Positions 1-13,900 of a stretch of 64,000 nucleotides of DNA are shown here, one piece after another. The position numbers and the translations under genes were made by a program. Location of the stretch: NCBI RefSeq assembly GCF_021028975.2, contig NC_059432.1:64852001-64916000 (forward strand), read 5' to 3'. The stretch comes from Sphaerodactylus townsendi. Taxonomy: Eukaryota. Position 1 is the first letter of the stretch, and each line of letters starts with the position of its first letter. The notes under the pieces are model-generated. The model ran no database searches. It had not been told where the DNA came from and worked only from the letters and a program-made list of their open reading frames with translations.

Positions 1-1100
1 TATTAGCAGAGACAGATCCTAAAGTAGTATCTTAAATTAACTCAGCCACCTCAAAGCTGAATAAAGTATATGACACTCCACCTTCCTTAAGATTTCTTTG
101 GGGGAGGGGGTAGCATGTCTTGGAAAGAAGTCAGCTTTTGCCAGTTTCCTTCGGGACTTGATGTCCATCAAGTTAATGGGAAATAAATAACTGCCTCTGC
201 ACTTCGTAGTTTTAAAGTATTAGCACAGTCTCAGCATAACAACATAATAAAGTGATGTTACAATCAGAACTACTGTTTAAAATCTTTTGTCTTGAGCTTA
301 CCTATTCTGATACTTCCCTATGTCGGAGCATTATCAATATTCCTACTTCCAACTGCTTGAACTGATGAGATTCTGCTAGCTGCCCTCCTCAAAAGCTTAG
401 TCGTTCTATAATGCTACTGATGAAAAAAAGGTGCATGGAAGACCCCTATTCCAGGCCAGACTCAGGTAAAGTAAGATCAGCTACATTATCCAGGGTTGTG
501 GCCTCAAAAACTCCTCTGGTGGCTCTTCCTATCTGGGGCAGGGTTATTATTATAGCATAAAAGAGTAGGCAGCAGCAAAACAAAACTTTCAGGCACAATC
601 CATATAGTACACAACACTGTTTTAAAGAGTGGGGGAAAATGGATAGGCCTCTTCAGTCACTATGACTGGAAGGTTCCCTGGCTTTCTGTTGGCCAGTGCA
701 GAAAAAAAAGAGTCAGTCACTCCCCTGAATCCTCTGCATGCCTATGAACTAGGAGCAGATGGGAGTCAGCCAGCCATCTTGTAAGCTTAGGAATGATGAG
801 AATCTCAGCACTTCCCAGCTCAGCATGAGAGAAATGAATGATCCTGCCTGTCCTGTCAGTATCTCACCTCACACTGTGCTTTTGGAGCACCTCCCAGCTC
901 AACACAAGATGACAGCCTGATGCTGGTTTTCAATTGCCTCATTCACAAATCTCACACTGTGGTGGGAAGCACTCCTAAAGGGTCAGAATCTCTACTGCTG
1001 CTGGTGAATGCATTCCGGCCTAGAGCAAGGCTGTTCTCTCATTGTGTGCCAAGAAATAGGGGCAAGGAGAGGCAACCCCTAAGAATGGTTGGCCCCTAAG

Positions 1101-1656
1101 AGAGCAGCAGGGGTGTAGTGATTAAGCTTTAGCTTCAAAAGGGGCTTGGATAGATTTATGGAGGAGAAGTCGATCTCTGGCTACCAATCTTGATCCTTCT
1201 TGATCTGAGGTTGCAAATGCCTTAGCAGACCAGGTGCTCAGGAGCAGCAGCAGCAGCAGGCCATTGCTTTCACCTCCTGCATGTGAGCTCCCAAAGGCAC
1301 CTAATGGGCCACTGCGAGTAGCAGAGTGCTGGACTAGATGGACTCTGGTCTGATCCAGCAGGCTCTTTCTTATGTTCTTAAGAGCAGGTGCCCTCTAACC
1401 TGGAGAAGCGGGTTTGATTCCCCGCTCTGCCGCTTGAGCTGTGGAGGCTTATCTGGGGAATTCAGATTAGCCTGTGAACTACCACACACGCCAGCTGGGT
1501 GACCTTGGGCTAGTCACAGTTCTTCTGAGCTCTCTCAGCCCCACCCACTTCACAGGGTGTTTGTTGTGAGGGTGGAAGGGCAAGGAGATTGTAAGCCCCT
1601 TTGAGTCTCCTAGAGGAGAGAAAGGGGGGATATAAATCCAAACTCTTCTTCTTCTT
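1101..1656 (+). mobile_element. Squam3-like (MIR/Ther1-derived) tRNA SINE, interrupted by a CR1-type insertion
   Basis: A-box head gtgtagtgattaag|agcagg, B-box ggtttgattcccc, core ctgggtgaccttgggctagtcac, (CTT)n tail. Imperfect TSD ttggcccctaag / ttggcctccaag. Confidence 0.8.
1127..1377 (+). mobile_element. CR1-type LINE 3' end nested in the SINE head
   Basis: ...aaaaggggcttggatagatttatggagg...gctggactagatggactctggtctgatccagcagg with tail ttcttatgttctta; ttaag duplicated at 1122-1126 and 1378-1382. Confidence 0.75.
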
Positions 1657-1928
1657 GGCCTCCAAGGCTCACCAAAATGCTCCCAGCAATAAGTACCTCT
1701 CTGCGAGTTGTAGTCTTTGAAACTCCTTCACCAGTCTCAACTGTGTGACTAGATGTGCACCCGTATGCAGGGTGGGACAGTCCAAGACAGGCTATTCGAC
1801 AAAAAAAGTGTGCCAGGGCAAACGGCTATGCAGTGTGTGCCTGAAGCGGGCATCATGCAGGGCGTTCCTTCCCTTTCTCAATCACCATTTTGTACTCTAC
1901 TCATCCTCCCACCAATCCTGTCACTAAC

Positions 1929-4900
1929 CCAAACTTGCGGATCAGCTTGGAGAGAAGGTTTCGCAGCTTCATGCGGAAGTGACGCCTCATGTCATCACTC
2001 ATGCCCCCGATCGCTTCTAGCTGTAAAGAGAACACTGGCATTAGAACTCTGGGCAGACGGCCATAAAGGTCCCCCCCTCCCCCAATCCACACACATCATA
2101 TCACTTAGGAAACAAGATTTGTCAGTCCAAGACCTCCTCCTCCCACTCCATCTCTCCCTCTGCTCCCATTGCTTTCTAAGAGCAGCAGAAGCAGCGCGGT
2201 GCCCTGTGGGCCTAAGGGCACTGTTACAGTTCCAACATGCACACAATAAAGTCTGTGCCAAATTCTAAATAGTTTTTTTGTGAGGCAGGGCTAGGATCAA
2301 TCAATGACAATGCTTTCTCCAACCCTTTTAAGAAAATTCAGATGCAGGCAAGCTGACCCTATTATCGTTCCCAGCACCCTCTTTCCCAATGCCTGCCCCC
2401 CAAATGCCACCCCTAACTCACCATGGTCTGCAGATGCCGTCCCAACAAAGCTACATCCAGGAGCAACAGCGCCACCTTGAGGAAGCCCAGGGCTGACTTG
2501 ACCACATCGCGTGTCCGAGAGCCTACCATGAGGCAGATATGCTGCACAAGCTGCTCTAAGGCAACTGGGCTGATGTGTTCTACAGGACAAAAGATCCACT
2601 TAGGAAAGGCACGCTCTGATTAATGTATTGTCGAAGGCTTTCACAGCCGGAATCACTGGGGTGCTGTGTGGTTTCCGGGCTGTATGGCCGTGTTCTAGCA
2701 GCATTCTCTCCTGACGTTTCGCCTGCATCTGTGGCTGGCATCTTCAGAGGATCTGAAGGTCAGTTCTGTTCATGAAGCTATTGGTCTTGTCCAGTCACTT
2801 TCTGGCACTCACGTTTCCTTACCTCATTCAGATCCTCTGAAGATGCCAGTCACAGATGCAGGCGAAACGTCAGGAGAGAATGCTGCTAGAACACGGCCAT
2901 ACAGCCCAGAAACCACACAATACCCCATGCTCTGATTCTTCAGATTCCCTCCCACACCCAGGTATGTAAGTGAGTTCTCTAGATTGCTACCTTACGTCAG
3001 AGAGTTGCCTTTCCCACAGGACCTCCCTTCGAGCATTAACAAACCAGCCCTGACCAAGCTGGAACTGAGGAGGCACAGGTTGGTGGGTACAGCTAGAGAC
3101 ATCTCCTTGCACACTCTGATGGAAGCACCCTTCTTTGCACAAATTCAGCTCAAGGATTCCTAACTGATCCCACCAGGAAGGTCAGTTCTGTTTATGAAGC
3201 TATTGGTCTTGTCCAGTCACTTTCTGGCACTCATATTCCCTCACCTTTGAACTCGAACAGCAGCCGAGCAAGAGCAAGAACAGTGCAGCTCATCATGTTA
3301 ACAGAGCCAGTCAAGCCTGCATAGACCAGGAGGAGGTACCGTTGCATTGCGTCTAAAGGAAATTGAAAAGCCAAGTGTTAGAGGATCCCCATCTTGTCTT
3401 GTCCTGGTTATGTTAAGAATAAGGCATATACAATCACATACAGCCTGTGACTAAGGCCTAAGCGGTTATTGCAGAAGATAGACAAGTATACAGAAATATC
3501 CATGGAGAGAGGAGAGTACATTCCCTGAATTCAGGTACCCTGGAGACAGTGAGAAGAACCACATCTCCAATCAATTTTTCTGGTGCATCAGAGGACAAAA
3601 GGGATGGCACAGAGATCCATTTCTGATAGGCCTCATGGGGAAGAGGACAGGAAACAGCTATAGGACCAATACAGCAATCTGAAAAGAGCAGCAAACCCTT
3701 TCTCTGAAAGCAAGAGGTTGGCTGGAATAAAAATTCAGCTCTCTGCAATATAAGAACAGCAAACAGGGTTCACAAAACTATGGCTAATGAGCAGAGTTAT
3801 TTTTTTATTGTTATTCTTTTAACTCCTTGCCTATTACATCAGTTATTATGACCTGTCTTCTGTCATAATTTAGGAGAAGGGAGGAGTATAGAATATGCAT
3901 TCTGAAAGCATTTACTGAAAGAAAAGAGAGCTCCATTTAAATATTTCTTGAGCAGAGTTATGTGTATTCTCTCCTTCAGCAAGTCTGCATGAAATATAGC
4001 ATCAAACGCCAGATGTAGATGCCTGAAGATTTTTTAAAAAATCACACTGCTTATAGTTGTTACCGTAATCTTGAATCCACGCAAGATGAATCCATGGCTG
4101 ACAAAATCTCAGAAGGTAAAAGGGGAGCCAAGTGGAATACTAGTGATCAGTTGGCTGGTTTAGGAAGTTGAATAGCTGACTCCTTCCCATTGTAACAGAA
4201 TTATATACAATAGAACGTGTGCTTTATTTGTTCAAATCTCACAACCCAGTAATCTAATGCAAAATGTGAACTGAACCTGCCCCCTACCAAATAATAGAAG
4301 CAAAGTTATGAAGCTCAGTCGGGTGGGGGGGTGGGGGGTGAACTATCAGGACAACTGCAGCACCATAGGTAGGAAAAAAGATCAGAATAGATAGGAGCTA
4401 GCAAGGATGTCGGTGATGGTGGGGAAACTAAAACCCTTTCTCCAATCCCAACATATTCATACAGCAATCCCAACATGGGTAACCAGGACTCACCATCTGC
4501 AGTAGGGCCAAAGCGCAGGAAGGCATGACCAATCTCTACAAGCAGACTGAAGGCATTCTTACGGGCACCCACAGATACCTCTTTGGTGCACAGTATCACC
4601 TACAGACAGCAAAGATATTCATCAGCGTCCTTGTATTGCTCTCAGCTAGGCCTAGAACAGGGGTAGGGAACCTGCTGCTCTCCAGATGTTCAGGAACTAC
4701 AATTCCCATCAGCCCCTACCAGCATGGCCAATTGGCCATGCTGACAGAGGCTGATGGGAATTGTAGTTCCTGAACATCTGGAGAGCCGCAGGTTCCCTAC
4801 CCCTGGCCTAGAAGTTTCCCCAGCACTGAGCATTTTAACAGTGCCCAAAACACCAAAACATAATGGGTACTCTCTTCCCACAAAACAGAAGATGAGAAAC

Positions 4901-7900
4901 TGCTAGGATTTCAGTTGGAGGAATACTGATCTGGCATAACAGCAAAAGATATAGAACAAACTGGGAAGGAGGGTGGTATGTCTGCCACTGCATTTGCCAC
5001 AGGCATGTCTGTGCAGAGAAAGTGGAAAAAGATAAATCATCATCTGTGGTCCAGTGAGATGTGGCTTTTCAGAATATATCTTTTTTCCTTTAAACTGTGT
5101 TTGTTTTGAAATACAGATTCAGCTCCTTGCACACTCCAGCATTCTAGGCAAAGAGTGACATTTCCCCCAGTCTTCTGATAAGCCAGCACATCATTAACTT
5201 TTCTGGTTCCTTAGCAGTTACCGTCTTCTTCTGTTCTTGCTCCACCTCACCTCTGGCACCAAGGCAGTGACAAAATCCTCATGCTCTGCCACAAGCTGTT
5301 TGACAACATGGAAGAGGCACTTCAGTCGGGGCTGGGAACAAAGGATGACAGATTGCAACATTTCAATGACAGCACCATGAATATCCCCTTCCATCCCTCT
5401 GCCGTACTTCTCAAAAGACTACTTTCACCATCTTCCCATCTCATCTTGCAGAGCAGTAATGTCTTCTCCTTACCCTCTTGGCAGGTGAGGCTGCGCTGGG
5501 CAAGGACTCCAGCAGAGCACTCTGCAGCTCCTTCAGGTGGCTCTCCACAAAGTTCTGACATGCAGGCCGCTCAGAGGCACACACCTCCTCCAGTACCCGA
5601 TATGCCTTCTTCTGGACCCCATGGTCTTTGTTCTAGGAATATGAACCAGACAGATGATCCTAGAGACACAATTTGCACTGATACACAAGGACAGAACCTC
5701 TTGTCCTCAGCTTTGCCCTATTCTAGTACAAAAGAGAAAAAGACAAATCCAACATCAAGCAGAATTATTGTATCCTAGAAATGGGAATTGCTAAGCCTCA
5801 ATTAGCCACATGGTTGTGATTGATTGTATGATTTTTGCTAGTGGAAATGGCATCACCTGAAAGTAGTAAGAGAAACCCACATGATTCGTCCTTTTGCATC
5901 ACATGTTTGGGTCATTTGGACATTTTCTCTGCAACAGGGAAGCAAATCACAAATAATGGGACAGCCATGTGGCTGAGAAATGTCTAAAAACGTGATATAA
6001 ATGGCATAGAACCTGCATGAGAATGGACATCTGATATGTATGACCAGGCATTTAACATAGACAATGAAAGGGTCTTTCCCAGACCACACCTGGCTAGAAT
6101 GGCAACACATCCTACACAAAGGTCTTCTATAGTATTAGTAAAGCTTCAGAGATCACGTCCCAAGGAAATACTGATCAAAATATTCCCCCACCACCACCAT
6201 TCCTGCCAACCCCTTCTACAACCTGTAACTGGACTTTTCTAAATGGAATGGGATACCCATTCACTTTATATCTACTGGCATATGCCCCATCACCACCACC
6301 ACCACCACCCACACTCACTTGCTTTGGCAATATTTGCTTTATATGTTGTACATCGCCCAGAGCCCTTCGGGGATGGGGCGATACAAAAATCCAAAAAATA
6401 AATAAATAAAATAAAAATAAATATTAACCTAGAAGTCTCAGTACAGTCAGAGAAGACAATAGTCAAACAGCAAGGATGGAGTTTGTGACAGATCAAGCCT
6501 ATCCTTTCTCGGTGATAGAGCAGCTCACCTGCAATGAGGGCTGGATGATATTGTAGAGAGAATGTAGAGACCTTTCATCAACATAGGGAGCCATGGTTAC
6601 AACAAGGTCCAAAATGGAAAGCCTGCAGCATATTTAGAAAATACAGCACTGTTAGCAAATACAGGTCTAATCATCTTTATGACTCCACTTTCTCCCTGGA
6701 ACTGAGTGAAATGAACTCTGCGGGCTGCTCACTGGCATGAACTTTAAGGCCTCACACCTTCTGAGCAGGGTCAGGACTAGAAAGGCCACAAACCCATCCC
6801 CAACTCTGGCCTGGACTGTACCTGGTAAACTCTGAGCTATCAGGGCTGGTCAGTTTCTCAGTAGCTTTCTCCAAGAATCCACACACCATCTGCAACAGAG
6901 ATAAGGCTGTCAATCCTACAGAGGCCCCTTTCTACATACATTTCTATAATCCACTCACTGTCTGAAACTGATTGTCATCCCAGCCCTTCAAGCCAGTGGC
7001 ATCCATGCCGTTTTGCAAAACTCTGCTCACCTGAGTCTCTGTGACTGTCAAATAGGCTCGGATAGTGTCCAGCACAGAGCGTCTTTGCACAGGGCTCTCG
7101 GTGGCAGCATCCTGTTGGCTATAAGCATTGAACAGGATGGGCAGGAAGTTCTTTGCAAAACGCCCAACCTCAGCACGTTCAGCATCTGCAAGGGGAGGCA
7201 GCGGAATGCAAGGCTGAAAGCCAAATAGGGGCAGTGCAGGGTACTTCTAGATGTTCACCAAACCCAGGCACAAATCATCAAGTATGTTGGAAACATAACG
7301 TAATCATTCTCTGCCTGGCTAAAACGCTATGCAGAAGGTAGATAATAAAATGGCACTTAGTTATTCTATAAGCAGTTAGCTCGGGGGGGGGGGGGGCGGC
7401 AAGAGGAACACAGAAGGATATTCCTTTACACAGAGCAAGGCAGGGCAATCCACAAAAAGGACTACATGGTGTGTCCTATGCACAGGCACGGACTGGCCCG
7501 TTCTCTCCTTTCTCTACTCTTGCTCTCCAGTAGGAAACACAACAAATCCAGAATTGCCACCACCAGTCAACACGATCAGTTCGGGGGGGGGGGGGTGTAG
7601 AAATGCAAGCTCCACTCCCACAAAGGGATCTCACCTGTCTGGCAACCCTTATTTATTAGCCTACGAAGAGCTTGGCAAACTATAAGCCGCAGATCCGGTC
7701 GGTCACTGATGGCCATTCCCAATGTGCGTGCCAGACCCTTGAACGAGGCTACTGTATCTGTAGGATGGGTGCAGAAACTGGGCAAGAGGTTCCAGACCTA
7801 AAAAGGCAGAGGGGAAAGATTAGCATAGTTGACTTCTACCAGGATGCACCCCAAATCTTGCCATGAAAGCCACAAAAGATACGATATAGAGCTATGGAGG

Positions 7901-10900
7901 TCCCTCCTCACCTGGCACTGCAGAGTATCGTAGATCTTGGCTTCTAAGTGTCGTTCAGCTTGGGCAAGGTCTGTGGCTACAGAGAGACAACAGAGAAGGT
8001 TTTAAAACTCAGTTTCTATCCCGCACTTTCCTGGCACAAGCCAGGCTCAGGGCAGCTGACAATACCATAAATGTACAATATCATAAAAATCTAACCAATC
8101 TAAAATGACACCCAGGTTACAAGTTTCAGCCACAGATGGTCAGACAAAAGATGCTAGAAGCAATTAGGAAAAGAATGACAATGCTTTAGTAGTGGGGCAC
8201 TGCAAGGTTGCATCGGTCATAATCAGCTCAATTCTGGTTGGATCCTGTCATGTCTCCGGGATGGGACATAGGATCCTCTGTCTCTCCTTCCCTCCCTCCT
8301 GACTGCTTTGTTTTAGTTTCAGTCCCCCGACAAAGTCTGGTTTGCTTGATAGACACCTGCTAGCTGTTGCTTTCCACAGTACCTGGGAATGTAGATTATT
8401 TTGACCTAAACGAAAGCAGTACTGTCTCTGGGTCAAAGGTTTGGAGGGGGTCAAAACCTTCTTGGGTTTTGAACACTCTCAATGTTCAGGGGTGGGGGGT
8501 ATGATGCGAAGGGGACTGATGTGGGCTATAATGGAAGGTGTTTTGGCCTTTAACCATTAGTTCTGACAACAGAAGTCTAAATGCTTTTCCCTAATGGTGT
8601 TTCATAATAAAGAAATCATCTGAACGCAGAGTCCCATTATTGAACAGTCCAGGGGCACAATAGTATACCCTGCAATGCTTTACCTGGCTGAAAAGAAAAC
8701 TTCCAAGTTGAAATTGGCTGCATTCAGACAGCAGTCATTAAAGTACAGCTGGGAACAAATATAACTTGTGATCAAACTGTTTACTGGGAAAGGAGGAAGA
8801 AGCAGGAACAACAATCTGGAACTTGGAAGTTTTCAATTAAGCTCCATGCAAAGGGAAAGAAAAGGGAGGCAGAAGCACAAGATCACCACAACAAGCTGTG
8901 CTTGTGCCTGAGCAATGTCTAATGACTGCTTACAGCAGGGGTGTCCGGCTCTGGTGCACCAGATGTTCATGGACTACAGTTCTCATCAGCCCGTGCCAGC
9001 ATGGCCAATTGGGACTGATGGGAATGTCCATGAACATCTGGGGCGCCAGAGTTGGACACCCCTGGCTTACAGCAACGCTGGAATCACTGCATGACTCAAC
9101 ATTTTGAATCAGCACTCCTGTAATCTTTGCATTCTGCATTCAGTACCCCAAATTCCAGGCTGATACCTAGGGAAGATGTTTATCTTAGAGAATGATTTTT
9201 ATTTCCCAGAATCTGCCATGGCAGATTGGCCAATGGCAGATTCCCCATACCATTTGCATAGTTCTAACGCAATTCTCAAATCCCCAAGCTGAAGTTTCTC
9301 TTGTTCTCTTCTGGGATCTGTGCATTTGTGCTCTGAGTTTAATTTGCCCATGCTCTCTATTACCTCTGTTTTTTAGAGTTGTAGCTAGTGGCAAGAAGTA
9401 ACTGCAGAAGAAGGCAAGGGGAGCATCATGGATGTGGTCCCGAAGCACAGGGAGGAGCCAGCTGCGAGGGAAATCCAGTCTCTCCCTATGGAAAAGGGTG
9501 GGTGGGTAAGAGAACAAACTCACATCTTGAAAGTATAAGAGGACTCAGGAAGTAATGGCATCAGATAAATGGATTTGGGCACTTTATTGTGTCCTCTCTA
9601 GTGCTTTCTGCTTTTGTTCATAAACCTCCTATAAGCCAGTGGAGGTGTGAAAGCCCCATGTAGTGAATGCCCTCAGTCTGAAAGTACGCTCAATAACTTT
9701 GTTTCAGAGTACTGGATAACACAAAGAAATGTAACAGTTTAAAAAGGCACTGTTTCCAAAGATGCTGGCCCTTCCTCTGTGGCAAACGTTGCTTTGCAAC
9801 ATTAAACAAAACCTCTCCAAGGTGCACGTACTGGCAGATGGAGCCTTTACACTTTTCTGCAGGCTCTGCAACCAAAATTTAAAAGGTGCTTGCTAACCAA
9901 AGTGTGGATGCCTTCCCCACATGTGCACTGAAATTACTGGTTTATCCGAAGGCTTTTTAACTGACTGCATTCTCCACAATGTAATACAAAAATGAAAGTC
10001 AAAACAAACCAAGAAACATCACTAAAATCAATAAAACCAGAAGACTAAAAGAAGCAATAAAAACAAAAGAGGGTAGGGGAGATAGCAAGGACATAAAATG
10101 ACATCACAACTCTTCCACAGGATGTGGCTCCAAACCCCATGGAGGCAGAAATCATACTCACTCTGTGCCATCGATATCTAGAGGCACAGCCTGCAGCACC
10201 ACTTCAGGCCCCATGGTAGCCACAGCAGCCCCAACAGCTTGGTCGAGAAACATGACGTGAGGAAAGTGTGAGGATCCACGCAGGTCAGCTAAAGATTGTA
10301 GGCACTGCAGAAGAAGGTAAACAAAGAAACAAGGGGGGGAGCTGTCACCTAATGAGAAGTACTTGCCACCAAGATATACAAAATAATTTCCCCTGTGTTT
10401 TCTCATCTTCTTATCATTCACTTCTTGATTCTCACACTATTTCCCCTCTTTAGTAATTCTGTACCTCAGAAACTCCATTTTTATTTATTTACAAAATAAA
10501 AATTCCATCTTTTTGCCCTTACAAGTGTTGCTAAGGCAGCCAACAATTGAAAACATACAAGATAAAATTTTATTATAAAACCATTAAAACATACATCATT
10601 AAAATAATTTAAAAAGAGTTAAAACATATAAAACATTGGAAAGAGGGATCACGGGAATGACAAACAAGACAGAAAAGACTTCACTTGCTGGTAGAAGACT
10701 GTAACAGAAGGAAATGGAAGAATCTCCCTGGGCAGAATATTCCAGAGCTTTGGTGGTGTGACCAAGAAAGCCTTCTCCTCAGTTGCCACCTGCCTGAACT
10801 CAGAAGGCAAATGCACCTGAAGCAAGGCCTCCGAAAGTGACCATAATGGTCAGGCAGATTCGTAAGGCATTAGGCAGTCCTTCTTGCAAGACTCTGAGAT

Positions 10901-13900
10901 CCAAATAATCTCTGGACAGAAACTTAGACTATTAGCTAGCTTGTAAGTAAACATCAGTAACTGCAGTGGTTCCCTTTACCTTTCTCATCATGGGATGACA
11001 CTGGCACCCACAAGCCTCAAAGAAAGTCTTCAGAACCTGCAACACAGAGGCCCAGGCTGCATGGAACCGGTATGTCAGGCCTTGTTCCACTGCTCTGCAA
11101 GAAGAAGAGCACATGCCTAATCAAAAACAGTCTACATTGGCAAACCCTACCACAGAGGTGGTTCCAAGACAACCCAGATTTTGAACTTCCACCAGCCAGC
11201 TGGCTAACCCTTTTACCTGAACATCTTGCAGACATGGGCAGCAGGTCCAGATGGGGTAGCAGAAGAAACCGACCCCAGTTCTGCCATGTGAGGGGCCACA
11301 CACTCATTGAGCAGAACCTGCAGAATATATACACCATCATCAGCTCACACTCTCAAGAGACTAAGAGTGCACACGTATGTTAGCTGCAGCACTCTGGAGC
11401 ACTCAACAAAACACTGATGCCCACCATACAACATTTAACCACAGATGTTCTCCATCCCTGTATTTATTTGAAAGGCCACAAAAGCACAGTTATACCATGT
11501 TTCCCCGAAAATAAGACAGGGTCTTATATAATTTTTTGCACCAAAAGATGCATTAGGCCTTGTTTTGGGGGTAGGGCTTATTTTAGGGGAAATACGGTAC
11601 CCTCACAATTCATTAAGGTGGGCGCTCGGCAGCCCCCTTGCTTCCCCGTCATGTGTGATGCAAGCTGCATCCTCATTGGCAGGGAGCACCCCGCTGGATC
11701 ACACCATCCTGATTTGTAACTATCGGTAGGGCTTATTTTTGGAGCAGGGTTTATATTTTAAGCCTCCTCCAAAAATCATGAAAAATCATGAAAAGGCTTA
11801 TTTTTGGGGTAGGTCTTATTTTCGGGGAAACACGGTAGGCAGCTCTACCAACACGCATATGGAAGTAAGAAGAGCATAATACCTTTAGGGTTTGGGCAGC
11901 AGCTGACACCACCTGGGCGTGTGGGGAAAGGAAGGCGACCATGGCTGCACTGAAGAACCGAGAAAGATGAGCCCAGCCGAGCTCCCACTGCTGCCTACAA
12001 CACAGAAGAACTTAACTACAGACCTGGTTGTGGATACGCCCTTCCCACCCAAAGCTTCCCCATTATTTTCCCAACTTCCCTCCTTACCTTGCCAAGCTGA
12101 TCTGTGCCCGCTCCATGACAGACAGCCAGGTCAGCAGAGGTTGCAGGTCACCCTCACTGGGCACATAGTCATACAGGGCCTAGCACAGCAAAGCACAGAG
12201 GTTAACCTGAGTGTCCCATGCTGACTGTACCCCACCCTAGGCTGGTCGAGCCTTTGCAGGACTCACAGTAATGATCTGGGCATTGAGTTCAGCTGGCAGG
12301 CACAACGAAGGCGGCTGGGAAGCAAACAGGCTATGGAAGACGTTCATGGCACACGCTGTTACCAGCTGGGGGCAAAAGTGAAAAAGAATCCTTATAGTGC
12401 CCACCCCTTCACATGGATCTCCCCAAAGTCAGAAATGGCAACCCAACCATCTATCTCAAAGGGACAGGAAAAGTACTTCCACACGGAAGAAATAGGGCAG
12501 TCAAAATCACGTCAGACTGCATGAACAATAACATCCCAAAGTCATCTTTGCGTGCTACTACCCCTACCAAAGCTGTCTGTCCCAACCCACTACTGAAATG
12601 AACTTCAAAGCAAAACTGGGGCAGCATTAACAACTGGGCGGGGTGAACTCACCACATGGCTGAGGGTCATGACACGAAGCAAGGTCTCACAACAGGGTTT
12701 AACAGATGAGGCAGGCAGGCAAGGCATTAAGTCTCGCAACAGAGTGAGCACATGCAATGTGGTGGTGGCCTCTTTTGCACCTGGAGGAAGCAGAGATGCT
12801 GTTCATCCCAAGCCACAAACCTCCCTAGTTTATTATATTCTAATAATTATATCCTGCCTTTCCTCTTGGCTCAAGACAGCTTACCTATGATGATTAAAAC
12901 ATTACAAGTTGAAAGCAAATACCTCCCAAGTTCCTCCTCCCCTTTAAAGATAGCCTCCATTCATACCCCACCAAAAGTCCTGGCAAACAGGCAAGCCCTG
13001 AACCACCTTTTGAAAATTTCCAATGAGGGGGCTCCTCTCAACTCTTCAGAGAGCTGCTTCCATAGAGTGGGAGCGACAACAGGAAAAGCCCAGGCTGTGT
13101 TCAATACCTGGTAGGCCACTGAGAGTGAGGGACCAGCCAGTATGTGGCAGCCTGATGACCACAGCTGGTGCTTAGGAACACACAGAGGAAACAACCTTCA
13201 GATACAGGCGCCTATATCCAAAGGTCATAACCACATCTTAAACTGAACTCAGAAAGCCAATGAAGCTGTTTTAAAATGGGCAATGTACGTTCTAATCAAC
13301 AACAACTGGACACTGCATTCTGGACTAATGCAGGTTTTGGGTTGTCGTCAAGGGCAGCCCAGCATACAGTATACTACAGTAATCCAACTGCAAGGTTACA
13401 AAAGAATGGATTAGCATAGCCGGATCGTAGGTGCCCTTGACCACTCCATCCCCAACATTTTGCTTGGTTCTTCTACACAACTAATTACTACAAAGGGCCC
13501 AGTGCAACAGAGAACAGAGCTAATCTAACAACAGAGGATTAGAGTCAGAGGTGCTATTCTGGTGGTATATCAGCCCTTCCATTGGTGGAAGGAAATGTGA
13601 TTTTCGCCACTTCCCTTAACCACTGCATGTTGCCCTCTTTGCCACCCCACAATCCCCAAGGGCCTATGACACCACCCCAAAGCAGAATTTGGACAGATTC
13701 AGGTGGGACACCCAGGTCTCACCATGCTCTGATCAGAATCCAACACAGTCTTCCTATGAAAGGTGACTGCAGACAGGATTCAAAAGGAAGATGCTTCCTT
13801 GGAACTAAGAATATGTACCAAGAAATTTTAAGAAGGTCATAATTATTGGTATTCCAGACTACTCAGGTATCCAATACTGGTTCAGCATTTTAACTTTTTT

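Larger units (their letters stand above)
2622..2928. mobile_element. Penelope-like retroelement terminus, inverted (fold-back) pLTR pair with 35-nt tail, in RRP12 intron 24
   Basis: Arms ~2657-2757 and ~2827-2927 are near-perfect reverse complements. Tail aatgtattgtcgaaggctttc... at 2622-2656. Flanking duplication gctctgatt (2613-2621 and 2929-2937). Resembles squamate Penelope ends (from recall, not searched). Confidence 0.85.

Noticed and set aside
1660-1742. Possible RRP12 exon 27 (cag|TTGAGACTGGTGAAGGAG resembles the expected FELVK start)
   Set aside because: In the required phase it gives an immediate TGA, and no downstream match to the expected LVNIRKAE-like peptide was found. The true exon is presumably off-window.
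4320-4340. G-rich tracts as regulatory G-quadruplexes (also ~7383 and ~7583)
   Set aside because: G/C homopolymer runs are common throughout the window; no specific evidence of function.
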